Part shown: positions 39,102 through 52,251 of the stretch, piece by piece | How the letters are laid out: every line of letters starts with the position of its first letter | How positions within the stretch are numbered: the first letter of the stretch is position 1 | Assembly (NCBI GenBank): GCA_002633005.1 | Contig: NMRA01000224.1 | Coordinates: forward strand, 377,072-441,071 | DNA: 64,000 nucleotides | Reading direction: 5' to 3' | Origin: Phoronis australis | Lineage: Eukaryota > Animalia > Phoronida | Translations under genes and position numbers: made by a program | Notes under the pieces: model-generated | The model's input: only the letters and a program-made list of their open reading frames with translations | Databases searched by the model: none | What the model was told of the DNA's origin: nothing

Positions 39102-39676
39102 AAAAACGTCTAAATGTAGCAGGAACACGAGAGCGACCTCTAACCGATGCAACAACGGCTTAATGGATTTCGTTGAAACCTTCCAAACTTAATATTTAGT
39201 CATCAATCGCAATAACGCTGTTAGGATTTTTGATTTAAAGGCCTGGTTTTTGCGTAATGTGACAAACACGAATACGACTTCAATTTGGACAAAAATACCT
39301 TACGTTTTACGAGTTGATTTGTCATAGAAACCAAACAAACAGACTGATCGAAAATTCCTAACAGCATTTTTGAGGTAACTGGTGAAGTTTTCATTTAAAA
39401 AAGGTTTCAGGAGTTCTTTTGCTATGAATGTACCTTTCTTAAAACTGAAATTTTGACTTAAAAAGGTTTTTACATGAAATAATAATGGCCCATAAATACA
39501 AAAAGTATATTTATATTTCCTGGTCTTTGTTCTTTCAGAAAATATATACTTTTACAAGTTGACAAAGCTTAGTTTTTTGATATACAAGTTAGAATGGAGG
39601 CCACTAAATAAGGTTGGAGATAACAAAAACGTCTAAATGTAGCAGGAACACGAGAGCGACCTCTAGCCGATGCAGC
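38632..39676. repeat. Recent tandem duplication, two ~522-bp copies
   Basis: 38632-39153 and 39154-39676 are nearly identical. The unit includes the right TIR of the Kolobok-like element plus ~50 bp of flank. Confidence 0.95.
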
Positions 39677-40559
39677 ATCAAGTTTTGTAGGGGGAGACGT
39701 GGCGAAATGACAAAATGCTTACAAACATAGCTTTATTATTTTTGTACTAAACACAGATGAGTTGTAATTTTAAGGCATGTTAACTACACATGATTTATAA
39801 AACAAAACATTACAAATTGTCACCGGTTTTAAATCCGCCCTCAGAGGCGGACGGAATGCTTTTGTTATCCACCTGAAGCGATACCAAAAGGTAACCTTCG
39901 GTAACGATGCCTTCCATTACGGAAGGTTAATGTTTCACTTTATCATACTATGAATTCTGCCTTTCATTCAGTGGGAAGTTGACGATAATGACAGTCGTCA
40001 AAGTTCGCCTAATGCCTCTTGGAATAGCAAAGCCTACTGAGTAATCTTTAGTCATTACTGTTCCGAGGAAAGTTTTAACTATCATTGGTTTGCTGAAAAA
40101 TCTCTCAGGTCAATTTGCCACAGACACATTACCCCAAATTTTCGTGTAAAATAACGTTTTAAGGACAATCTCTTCTATTCAGTTTAGTTAAAATCGGATT
40201 TTAACATAAATTGGTACAGTTGAAATTTAAGTCTTTTCATCACAACTTCAAATAATTTCAAACATATCGGAATTTGATATAATATTATTAGGTTAATGTT
40301 TAATTTTGGTGATGGAGCACAATCCAAAATGGCAGCTGTAGTTAGTAAAATCTGACTGCTGCATTATGTGTGCTCTGACAACTGCCGCCATAGGAAATGA
40401 GGCTTCCGTGGAACCCTGCCCACTTCAAAAATAGTAAAATAAGGCAAACACAGGGCTGTAAGCTACGAAATATTTTTATTTTAGAGACGTCATTCGACGA
40501 CAAAACTCATCCTGTGCTCTAAATTAGGGAATGTAATGGAGAGGCTATCTTTAAAGCAA

Positions 40560-41672
40560 GTATGGGTACTCACTCAACAGGTATGGGTACGCACCCAACA
40601 GGTATGGGTTCTCACTCAACAGGTATGGGTACACACTCAACAGGTATGGGTACACACTCAACAGGTATGGGTACACACTCAACAGGTATGGGTACGCACC
40701 CAACAGGTATGGGTACTCACTCAACAGGTATGGGTACACACTCAACAGGTATGGGTACGCACCCAACAGGTATGGGTACGCACTCAACAGGTATGGGTAC
40801 TCACTCAACAGGTATGGGTGCTCACTCAACAGGTGTCGGTACTCACTCAACAGGTATGGGTACACACTCAACAGGTATAGGTAGGCACTCAACAGGTATG
40901 GGCACGCACTCAACAGGTATGGGTACGCACTCAACAGGTATGGGTACTCACTCAACAGGTATGGGTACACACTCAACAGGTATGGGTACGCACCCAACAG
41001 GTATGGGTACGCACTCAACAGGTATGGGTACTCACTCAACAGGTATGGGTACACACTCAACAGGTATGGGTACGCACCCAACAGGTATGGGTACGCACTC
41101 AACAGGTATGGGTACTCACTCAACAGGTATGGGTACACACTCAACAGGTATGGGTACGCACCCAACAGGTATGGGTACGCACTCAACAGGTATGGGTACT
41201 CACTCAACAGGTATGGGTACTCACTCAACAGGTATGGGTACACACTCAACAGGTATGGGTACACACTCAACAGGTATGGGTACACACTCAACAGGTATGG
41301 GTACGCACTCAACAGGTATGGGTACTCACTCAACAGGTATGGGTACGCACTCAACAGGTATGGGTTCTCACTCAACAGGTATGGGTACTCACTCAACAGG
41401 TATGGGTACTCACTCAACAGGTATGGGTTCTCACTCAACAGGTATGGGTACTCACTCAACAGGTATGGGTACACACTCAACAGGTATGGGTACACACTCA
41501 ACAGGTATGGGTACGCACTCAACAGGTATGCGTTCTCACTCAACAGGTATGGGTACACACTCAACAGGTATGGGTTCTCACTCAACAGGTATGGGTACTC
41601 ACTCAACAGGTATGGGTACTTACTCAACAGGTATGGGTACACACTCAACAGGTATGAGTCCTCACTCAACAG
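40560..41672. repeat. 21-bp minisatellite, ~53 copies
   Basis: Unit GTATGGGTAC[T/G/A]CAC[T/C]CAACAG, head-to-tail with no spacers. Confidence 0.98.
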
Positions 41673-42375
41673 CGGCCATATATAAAGAGGTTTCCATGGA
41701 AACCCCGCCCAATTAAAAATATGATAAAATAAGACGAACACAACGAAGGCTGAAAGTTTATATTTTAGGGTCATCTTTCAACTGACGATACTCGTCCTGT
41801 GTTCTCAACTGGGGAATGTAAAAGAAAGAAATCTTTTAAGCGAGTTTCAAAAACCGACAAGGAACACGTTCGCCTACAAATAAATGAATGCATAGTATTT
41901 AAGGCAATTGAACACAAATTGAGTATGATCACATTGTGATATTTCTTGGCTAGTCACTCCGCGTGGTCGCAGCCTAACGCTCTTCTGTCAAGACCCACTC
42001 GGTGATAAAGTCGACGAGCGTCTCTGACAGACAAGGGCAAGATTAATTGGACATTTGTAACAAAATCACAACGGATTTTGTTGTAGCTTTAGTGAAAGCT
42101 AATAACTCCAGGGTCATGATTGACAGCGGCCACTGTAACCTGTAGGAGGCGCTGAAGTAAGCCAAAACTGTTTACTGCTATGTTGTTATTTCACTGATTA
42201 AAAACAAACTGAACACTTCCATACAAAAAAGCTAAGAAAATTACCGTTTTTATTCCTGTAACTCTACCATCTTGTGTTATATAAGGCATTGTTTTGAGCC
42301 CTAGACTGGCTACTACTATTCAATCTAACTAAAATAAGCAATTTTTATACCAAATAATAACTATTTTTTAATTTT

Positions 42376-42980
42376 GAAGAACAATTATTTATTTCCAAGT
42401 TTCCCGTCAAATGATGTAATGGGTGGAAGACATTTGGTCACTTGACAATCAATTGCAATGACGGAACAGAGCTGATCAGAAGACGAGGACTTATTTGAGC
42501 GAGACAATATGGAGACAGCGGAGAGTGGATACGGGCATCACACTCAAGTACTTGAAGAATCAGACAATGCACTCGATTTTCCACTTAGCGAACTTTCGTC
42601 GGCTTTGAGGCCGTATGAACTCGACCCACTTGCATGAGAAATCCAACAGACATGTGTAAGCCACAACGCTCAACTGAACCAAGAGGTGGTCAATATTCAC
42701 AGAACAGACACTTAATAATCACTGACAAAGGCCACAGTAAACCTGGGTCACTCGTATTCACTACAGCCATGATGGATGAGCACGGTCTAAACACAATGCC
42801 ATAGCACTTGACGATCTGGGCCAGGGTCGAGGGCCCAGCATCACACTTGCACTAGAATGGAAGCAGTTTGCTGGTTATTTCTAAACTTTACAAATACACA
42901 TACAAGGTGGCGAGTCTATCACCGTAAGGCCACATGTGTGTTTGGTCGAAGCACGATTCCTTGAAATGTGCCAAACAAAT
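42376..42980 (+). repeat. Dispersed repeat, inverted homolog of 53810-54403 (transposon-derived)
   Basis: Near-identical core gagagtggatacgggcatcacactcaagtacttgaagaatcagac...ggctttgaggccgtatgaactcgacccacttgcat. Confidence 0.85.
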
Positions 42981-43405
42981 TGACTGAATCGCATGTTCCG
43001 CACGGCTGACATTCCAGACTCTCGTGCGGCCCACAAAACCCGGCCGATGCCATTTCAGTGCAACTTTAAGTATTTAGGAAATTTGAGCACAAACACATTC
43101 TCAGTCAAGTTGCTGTTACTAAAGCCTCCACAAACGCACCTTTTTATGTCTGAAAAGGGCGGCTCTCCGCGGACCTTCCTCGCAACTTTTAAATATTGCA
43201 CTGGTAAAAACAACAAAAGCGGCGACGGTCTTTCACCCATTACGTACAACTCCGATAACAGAAAAAATATATTTTTTAAAATTTTTAATTGTTTCTTAGC
43301 AACAGGCTACTAAATCTCTTAAGATATATTATTAAAATTCTTTTTGAGACACAGGGTCATGGTGGGAACTCTTTAAAAAGGTACTCAGTTAACGAAAACG
43401 CTTAC

Positions 43406-43675
43406 GTGTTCTCGTAATTACATCAACAGATGTGGCGGGTACGAAGCCTTGTTTCATGGTAGTCACGAACGTGTTGTATTGCATGCCTGGAGAGAGACCT
43501 CTACAGGCGCCTGTCTGGCTGCTTTTGGGTACGTCCACCACGTAATCTTTAGAAAATGTTGCGCAAGTAAGTTTGTACTTATCCTTCTTTCCAAGTGCAT
43601 GTTTCCACGTTACGTGTATCTCGGTAGTCGTTGTTAGTCCTTGAAGCACCTTTAGTTGAGTCACTGGCGCCAAAT
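43406..43675 (-). CDS. FN3 domain exon
   Basis: 270 nt, phase 1-1, gattgcag| ... C|GTAAGC; WKHALGKKDKYKLTC...ACRGLSPGMQYNTFV. Confidence 0.9.
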
Positions 43676-43888
43676 CTGCAATCATCAGTAGAACGCGATC
43701 AAAGTAGATACATGCATAACATGTTCGTGCACAGTGTGCCGCCGCATTCTGTCCGTGTACGAATATTGCATTTCAAACAAAATCAATTCAATGCGAACGG
43801 ATGTCACGTTATGAATAACTTGCCGGTTGATGGTTGAAACTACACAAACTGATTTACGAACACAGTAAATAATAAATTAAGTGCTTAA

Positions 43889-45365
43889 AGGAGAATGCCA
43901 CCCGATTAAATTAGTCTTTTTTACCGTCTTAAGCGGTCTATATCGACATCTCCTCGCGTACGGTCGACTTTACCTTGCCGAGTGGTGTCGCGTGTGAGGA
44001 ATGTGAGAAACGACGCAGCGACGTCAGTGGTTCATTTGCAGAATGAATGCCGCTGTGTTGCAGTGCATCGTTCTCTCTTGTCCGAACTATGCAATTGCGA
44101 GGACAGCGGATATATCGTTTTTTCGACTTCCTCGAGAATACGAAATGCTTAAGAGGTGGATCACGGTAGTGAAGAATGAAAAGTACGCTGTTAATAGCAA
44201 GTATGAAGCCGTGAAACATCTCCCTTTCTGTGGCCGGCAGTCGTCGACACTGCTCTGACAAATGCCGGCTTACCAAAGAACTATCCATACGCTCCGTTGC
44301 CTGTGCATGTTCCCGGCGCCACTTTAGTATTTCTTGAAACAAAGTCTGTCTCATTAGATACAATTTGTAATGCCTTTGGAGTATTCGTGAGTGCCAATGT
44401 TTTGAGAAGCCAGCAATGAATAAACCACTGCATTACCGGCTTCAGATGCAATAAAGGTAATTGACAGGGCACCGAGGTCGTGTGAGCGCATGCTAATTCA
44501 GTGTTTTCTGACAGAAAGCCGTCGTGAAACAATAACTCCATTTTATATACTATGGTCACCTGTTAGGGGAATCTTTATTTAGATATACAAATACATTATT
44601 CACATCATTGTTGCTGTACAACTTTTGCCCTGACGGTTCTGTAAAAGGGCAACTTGACTTCGCGGCCCCCGACAAGTGAGTAGATTTGCCGTTTCGTGGC
44701 TAATTCACCAAAATATTTAGGTGCATATTATTTGATTGGCTCACTAGTATGGTCTTTTCGTGACTGGAGGTTTAGTTTCCAAGTTAAGCTGCTATATGTT
44801 CGTCATGTCCAGTCCCGGCGGCCAAGGAACTGGCTGGGATAACAAGCGCTTTGTGTGTTTAGAACTGAAAAAATCGCAAGTCTAAAGTACAACACACAGC
44901 TATCTTTAGTGTCTGTATTTCACGGAAGAATGATTCGAATTTATCACCAAACAGACCCAAACTCCTGCTATCGACCATGATAAATTGGCATACCGAACCT
45001 ATGAGTCTATACTCCTTGACCGAACTCTTTAGGCTACCGATCGTTCAAATACGTATACTGTATGTCCGTAACAGTGAAATAAAACAACACATTTGTTTAA
45101 GAGCTCGGTGTATTTGTAAGGGCTTTACATCGAAATTTGATGATTTATTGGTGTAAAATGATGCATCCAAGCTATAAGTTGACTCTAGTAACCGTGTTGT
45201 GAACTGCTGAACAGACTGCGTTCGAACCGATTACGTCACTGGTTAATTTCAACACCTCCGTCTGCCGTCAGGTGTCAGGTAAAACAACTGTACTTGCTGT
45301 TATCGAGTGGAACTACTCGATGTAAATTGATACAAAATAGGTTGTGTTTTGGGTGGCATTCTCCT
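43889..45365 (+). mobile_element. Kolobok-like non-autonomous transposon with THAP remnant
   Basis: Perfect 15-bp TIR AGGAGAATGCCACCC, TTAA on both sides. ORF 44043-44258 CIVLSCPN..ISFFRLP..LKRW is the N-terminal half of a THAP domain. Confidence 0.88.
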
Positions 45366-46476
45366 TTAAGTATTTCAAATTTCAAAAAAATTGTAAAGTA
45401 CACCTCAAAGAAAGTTAGTCAAAATTCAGTCAGTTTGTAACAACGATTTCATGGTCCTGACATTTACTTTTGGTCCGCCTTCCTTCTTGTGAACAGTCTT
45501 CAATCTTCCAACCAAGTCGAAGTCCAATCCGTATGTTTTCTAGTATTTCCATCGTTTTGGTAACTGCTGTGAGTCATTTTCCCTTGTGAGTGTACAATAT
45601 CAGTTCCCACTAACTGCAGAGGACTCCACTTGAAGTTTCCTTGACGTCGTTCATGAGTTCACACCATGCTAGCCAACTCGCATGTTGAGCTTGACCAATT
45701 GATGCAGATTGTCGAGAATCTTTTATTCTGAATGCAGGGCGTTTTTCGGAACGTTCCATGGATTTCATGACCACAGGTCACAGGTCGGTTCTTGTAGGAT
45801 TAATGACCAGTGTAATTGTCGGGTTTGTTAAATAATTTTGCCGAGAAATCGCTGATTGTAAGGAACCGTACATCAAGAAACTCGCTTGATGAACAGTAGT
45901 AATGAAATGAGAATGAAGCAATGAAGTTAGGCTTGATTTGGTAACTACAACTCTCGATCAAAACTCAGTCGAGCAGACTGACGGAAATTCTCAGCGCAAA
46001 CTCTCGCGTCTAGTCACGGGCGGCAGCGGACATTCCAGGGCTAAGGTTATGTAATTCGAACTATTTTCACAGCCGTTGTTGTTGCTACTATTCGTGATTC
46101 GGAAGAAGAAGTCATTGTTTTCGTCATTGTTTAGGTGCTCGCGTACTTATTGTCAATTTCGTTTTATGTTTTATTGAAAGCACCACAGACATCAGTGACA
46201 TCAAATTTTCAATGATCTAAACCTAAATTGATTAGTTAACAGAGCTCATTTTAATTTGTTTATATTAGACTACACCAAATTTCAGAGCTGATACAACTTT
46301 TAAGTTATATTAAAATATAACTCGTGATATTCCGGCGATTTCCGTAAAACGAGGTCAGAATTCTGGCAATTATATTTCTCCTCACCAAGCCTCAAATGGC
46401 TAAAGCAACCAGCGCCATCTTGAGGCATGGGAACGAGGCTGGTTGACTAGGTGATGAAAATGATGGTTTTACTCAC

Positions 46477-46771
46477 GGGTTGACACCGGTCTGATGACGT
46501 CATCGCTCACTTGACTGTTGACGCCTGCATGTTCAGCTTTACTACTAACGATCACTATGTAATTCTCGCCAGGAATGAGAGACTCGAATGTGACACTCCG
46601 AGATCTCCGAGATTCGGGATAAGGCGATGGGATCAACGAGTGGCGAACTGCTTGCTGGTAACCTGTACGTTATTATGTATTTAGACAAGTGACCAGTCCT
46701 AGGTGGTTTCCATGTAACCGTCATGGACTCGGTCTCCACATCGACTTTGACGCTAGTTGGTGGCTCAGGAA
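46477..46771 (-). CDS. FN3 domain exon with 1-nt frameshift (possible pseudo-exon or sequence error)
   Basis: tttctgcag| ... C|GTGAGT, 295 nt (3n+1). PEPPTSVKV..VTWKPP..KYIITY in one frame, VTFESLIPGENYIVIVSS in the next. Confidence 0.8.
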
Positions 46772-47667
46772 CTGCAGAAACAGAGTAATATGTTAGCAAT
46801 GACGACGTTTACAACCTCAGAAATCGCAGCAATGTTGACCCACTACTGTGGACTTTGCTTAGGTTTACGACACATTGAGGGCACCAGAAGCTGCAAATAT
46901 AAATTTTCGAGTTCCACGTGCTCAAATATTCTCATGCCAAACAACAGAGAGAAACCAACAGTAAATTGGGCTCTTCAGAGGCACGGTTGTCGCAGTATAG
47001 ACACGCACATGGAGAAGAGAAAGTGTGATACAGATACCCAACAAGTAGCAACGATGCAATTTAACATCTGCAAAGTATGTCATTGCTTTCATAAATGACA
47101 GAACGGTTAATACAAATCACCACGCGAGATAAAGGAGATGTCAGCGGGAACGTTTTCATGCGACAAACAATTCTCCATGAACATTTTCAAGTTTACTTTT
47201 TGTCGTGCTCGTAATGACGATTTGTGAAAAATCTTAAATGTTTGCTGCATGTACCTGGTAACTGAAAACGTAAAGTGATGCGTCCACAACTTGTTCGTAA
47301 ACATTGTGCTTCTACGGATGTCTTAAGCATCACAAAAATGGCAGAATACGCATCGGCCGTTCGAAGTTACGAAGGCGTCATCGTCTTTAATACAAAACCG
47401 TTTTCTAAATTTCATAAAAATCCGCCAAGGATCATCAAAAAAACAGAGACAAGGGTGAAAAGCAAATTGCCACTAGGGGATACTGAAGTAGTCAGAGCGG
47501 CCCAAAAAGTCTCTTTGTCACATGTATACAAAACAATGGGGCTATTCGGAGAATTCTCCTCGCGGTGTCGCTGCTGTACTAGTGGTGATTGAATTGCGCA
47601 TGCGTCGCTTTCTACATGCAAACAGATGGTAACAACGTCGAATTTTTGTAAAACTACGTCGTTTACT

Positions 47668-47869
47668 ATGCCGTACTATTGTTGTGTGCCGGGGTGCAAA
47701 TCATCGAAAGGCGGCCACAAGTTTCCAAAAGACATCAGATTACAAGAAGCTTGGAGAGTTTCAGTCAAGAGAGTCCAAGAAGGCACGAAAAATCTTTGGA
47801 TGCCAAAGCCACATGACCGCGTTTGCTCCAAACATTTCCAGGACAGCGACTACATAAAGACTTTACTTG
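47668..47869 (+). CDS. THAP domain exon 1 of a transposase (intact exon, downstream exons not found)
   Basis: MPYYCCVPGCKSSKGGHKFPKD...AW...WMPKPHDRVCSKHF is a canonical C2CH THAP; donor G|GTAAGA. Confidence 0.8.
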
Positions 47870-48682
47870 GTAAGATTTTAGTTTTCAGTAACACCATCTA
47901 CATCGTTCAAGAATATTATCGCTGCCAATTTCTACAACTAAATGATTGGTTTTGTTTAATGGAACCAACTGGATTCTTTTCATAAACTCATCCAGGGCTC
48001 AGATGGTAGGTTAGTGCCTTCTGCATTAATTCGTATTGTGGCTGTGCTCCCAATACTATACAGTAGAAAAGGTAACGGGAACAAGCCAAGGGTCTCTTTT
48101 TCACAACAGTTACTCTTCAACAAGATAACAAGATGCAATTTCCAACAATATTCTAGATGGGTCTCTATGTCCCCTACTGTACAAAAAACAAGTAACCCCC
48201 TAGGAAGCTCTGATTAATTGCCAAATTATCATCAATGGAATTTTCGATACATTGGTAACGTTATTGACATTACATTGGAATCAATATTGACCCCTGGAAT
48301 GAATTTATTTGTTGGGGATGGATATATACTTTAGAAGGTGTCATTAAAACTACACATTCTGAATTCACGTTACCTTGTTCATAATTATTTTGGGAGACTG
48401 GAGGCTTTTGATTAGTTTCTACACATGAACATGAAGACAAAATATCAGTTACAAAATATTCATGAGTGCAGCAAACTTTTATTGAGATACAGAAACACTG
48501 AATTGTTACTTGTGTTTTATTTTGNGAGTTTTCTATTGAACTTTTGACCAGTTTGGCAAATAAGGAGGCCGACGCAAAAACGGATGCAAAATAATAAAAC
48601 TGGCCAATAGCTGGAGCAGAGAGCATTGAATCTATTCGAGAATGGATAGGAATTGTGTTATAATCTAAGCGTATTTGCCATT

Positions 48683-51600
48683 GGGGCTATTCGGAAAATC
48701 TACAATAACTAAAGGGCGCGCGTGTACTAGTGGTGATAGATTAACAGCCTCGATTTCGTGAGCCCTTTAAATACATTGTGAAATGGCTTGCAGCCGTGCC
48801 AACTGAATCTGAGATTTGTGATTATTTTAACGATTATTCCATGATTATTCTACCGATGCCTGTTAACTGAGGTACTCGCCGATATCGACTTCGCGGCAGT
48901 CGCAAGTCGGGTTAATCTTTGTTTGTTGTGATATGTGATACGATACTTGACGTAACAATCGGGATCTTTTCGTACATCAGCCCATTATTTTTGTTGTTTG
49001 GAATGATTTCTAACTGTTTATCAGAGACAGTTACATCAATGCTGAATGTTTATGCTGTCAACTCGATACAGGTTGATGAGTTAAGTTTACAATCCAAGAC
49101 CAATGGCAAAGGGTACATGACAAATATCCATTGCATTAGACTATTTGTTTACTCCCTATTATATGTCTTCTGGAAATCTATTACACGTTGAAATGGAAAT
49201 CTATCACGTCTGTTTTCACGTAACCTTTGTTTTTTAGGTTTGAGGGCTTGTACCGTGCAGACGAGATATGCATCGCTTCTGCACCGTTCATGAATGGACA
49301 AAAATTCGTTTTAAGCATTTGACTGCAGCTAACCAACAAGATCTTCCCATCCAGTGCAGATCTGTTGTCAAAGTCTACTTTCAATAGTGGAGACAACGAA
49401 CAAAGCCATTGAAAAGGAACAGCTATTTTTAAACAAAGGTGTGTAAGTCATTTTGTTAATTTACTTATTCAGGTCCTTAGCGGGGGATTTGCATGGGGAG
49501 TTGGGGTTGTAATATTTGGTACAACTGAATGTGTGGAAATAACAGGTAATACATGTTTGGGGCAAAGAGCATGATGAAGTAATTCTTAACCTTCATGAAG
49601 TCCCTTCAAGTTGATTTCATGAAACTGTTTTGCTACTTGTATCAATTGTAAACCCATGAAAATATATTACATTTCCTGAATTCCCAGTAACTGAATAGTC
49701 TTAACTCATGCCTTGAAATGTTGCAAGTCGTTACAAATTCAAATGACTGACATTTTTGTGAAAATTGCATTTTGACGGTGCATTACGATTTGTAATTACT
49801 CTTAAACAACAGAAAGATAATCCATCATTTTTAAATGACCCAAGTCTTCATATCTTCTATTAGAACAAAAATTAAAAGTCTGAGAAACGGTTCCCTCAAC
49901 CTTAGACTAGAAGTATGCTTGACAGACCCATGAATCTGTTATCGGAGTTTAAAATTGCTAAAAGTATCAAACTTAAAAAGGCTTGAAAATGAGTAACAAA
50001 GGTTTGAAGATGTCTCAAAAAACTTGTATATTTTGCATACAAGTGATGCGTTTAAAGAATTGTTATGGCTAGGAATAAAAAATAAAGACACAGTTTTATG
50101 CAATACTTATTATATACACCATTGGTTTCTGAAAACAGTAATTATTTAATTTTATGTGAAACTGTAGAGCAGTCACCATATATTTTTGAAAAACAGGGAT
50201 AACATTTTTGACCCAATCTGGAGTACATAATTATTCATATTTCAATATTTGTTCCAAGTTCAGTGACATTTTAAGGCCACTTCAAGCTGTATCATAGACA
50301 AGCTTTGTTACTCCGTTCTCTTCCCACAGCCCTTCCGCACACCAGCAGTGCTGCATGGCACAATGTGCAAGTCAGTGGCCCTGGATAAATGTGAATGGCA
50401 GTACTAAGTTACCATAAGACAATGTGTCAGTGGAGTGTCTGTGTATCCAGATGAACTATATCTGACAGCGACACAAGTAAGCCTCGTTGGTGAGGATGCC
50501 CTTTAGTAGGCAATGAGTCATGTGTGGACAATAGCTTATTTCCTTTCCTGGAAGAAACATGAGGTACTGAAGCTAAAGAACACCTAGTGACACTCTGGTC
50601 TTATTCAGGGTCTGATTTTGGGCTCAAAACGATTCAAGTGATATGCTGCTGTGTTTACCTTCAAGGGTCTAATTGTGTATGTTATTGAGACTGAAAGGGG
50701 TAACATAAAAGAAAGCCGCGTGTCGAAACTGGACCTTTTTTACAAGCACTTCTATAGGCCATTGAAACTAGATCCCAATGAAATGAAAACCAAAAGCTGA
50801 GTGACATTTATTTTTTTTTCAGAAGAAAGGCTTTATACTATTGGTAAAAACTTTTCAATTTGGTACACATTATGGGGGAAATGACATTCAGTGACTGCAT
50901 CGATTGTCTTATTGTATGTTTTCAATTGTAGCTAGCTGGATAAGAATCTGCTATGCACAAGATTCGCGAATAAACAATTATCAGTGTATTTAAAAACAAA
51001 TGGCAAACTGAAAAAGCACAGAAAGAAACAACATTGTGACGGAGTCCATAATCAGGCATATCAAGTGCTGAATTTCTGAATTACGTTCAATTCTCTCAGG
51101 GGATTGCTGAAGGATTGCTTTTCACTTTGTCCAAAGGTAAAATAGATTTTCGGGTGGTTGGTTTCAGTTGTTTTCTCTCACCTGTAACAGAATAGTCGGA
51201 GAAATATTAGCAACTTGTAAAAGAAAAGACAAGACAAAACTACTTTTGTATGGCAGAAAATACTTGATGTTTCATCTTCATGTTTATGTGTAGAAACTAG
51301 TAACCTTTGTACCCAAGTCTTATCTAATATTTGAATTAAAATATGTGAAACAGGCTAAAAGTAATTTAACAATGTGTATTTTTCATGACACTTAAAATGT
51401 GCTTCTGATCTCAACAAGTAAAATTCATTCTAGGTGTCAATTTTTTCCAATGCAATGTTACATTTATTGAATTAAGGCTTATGTTAATTCGACAACTGAT
51501 CTGGTAGTCCTGGGGGTGGGGTCTGCGATAAAATAAGGAAACTCACTCATCTAGAGAATTTTATTGGAAACAGCATAGTTTTTAAGACAAACTTCAGTGA

Positions 51601-52160
51601 AAAAGTCACTCTTGACTTCTGTGCATCACGTACCATACACCTCTTATTTTGGGACCACTCCCACCCAGGACAATATGAATATGTGCTGCTAGCCTACCCG
51701 GCATCCGAGTCCCGGGTGAGTTTCCTAAAAGAAACACTTAGTTCCACTCAATAAACCTGTTATTCAGTGGGGTAACTGGTGGGGATAACATCACCGAACG
51801 ATGTTGATAGAAACTGATCACTAAAAACTTACCAAGTAATGTTGTGTAGTCTCCGAATGGAACTGCATAGTCATAGAGCACACACAGGGCTTCAGCATTC
51901 ACACACTTTTTGTCAGTTAGTTGACCCTTTTGACCGCAATTATCCACGATTATAGTAACCTTAGGTCTTTTGGGAATTTGTGGCCACCTGTCGAAGACTT
52001 GCACCAGGGAAATTAGCAGTAATGAGGCTTAGCGCGACGACGTATTTTGATAAAAATTCCATGTTTTACCAGTTGTTAACATACAGACAGCCACGCATGC
52101 GCAATTCAATCACCACTAGTACAGCAGCGACACCGCGAGGAGAATTCTCCGAATAGCCCC
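48683..52160. mobile_element. ISL2EU-like element, second copy (YqaJ remnant + at ~50330-50765; THAP remnant - near 51140-52030)
   Basis: Colinear with 1-3596. PFRTPAVLHGTMCKSVALDKCEWQY*VTIRQCVSGVSVYPDELYLTATQVSLVGEDAL. Confidence 0.85.
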
Positions 52161-52251
52161 ATTTCACAAAAATCTATCCACGAACTCGGAAGATGCAGAT
52201 CCAAACGTAAATAATAAAATTTCAACTAGGGGCGCAGCTGTAGTCCCTTTG

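Larger units (their letters stand above)
47538..52160. mobile_element. Composite ISL2EU-like element bounded by two THAP-side termini
   Basis: AAT|GGGGCTATTCGGAG... and ...CTCCGAATAGCCCC|ATT are exact inverted copies over 68 bp. A third terminus GGGGCTATTCGGAAAATC lies inside at 48683. Confidence 0.75.

Noticed and set aside
40560-41672. CRISPR array
   Set aside because: Units are head-to-tail with no unique spacers; no cas genes; eukaryotic intron context.
47527-52171. P-element with CAATGGGG termini and 7-bp TSD (TACAAAA/CACAAAA)
   Set aside because: Neither right end finishes in ATTG and the TSD is imperfect; AT flanks plus THAP + YqaJ content fit ISL2EU better.
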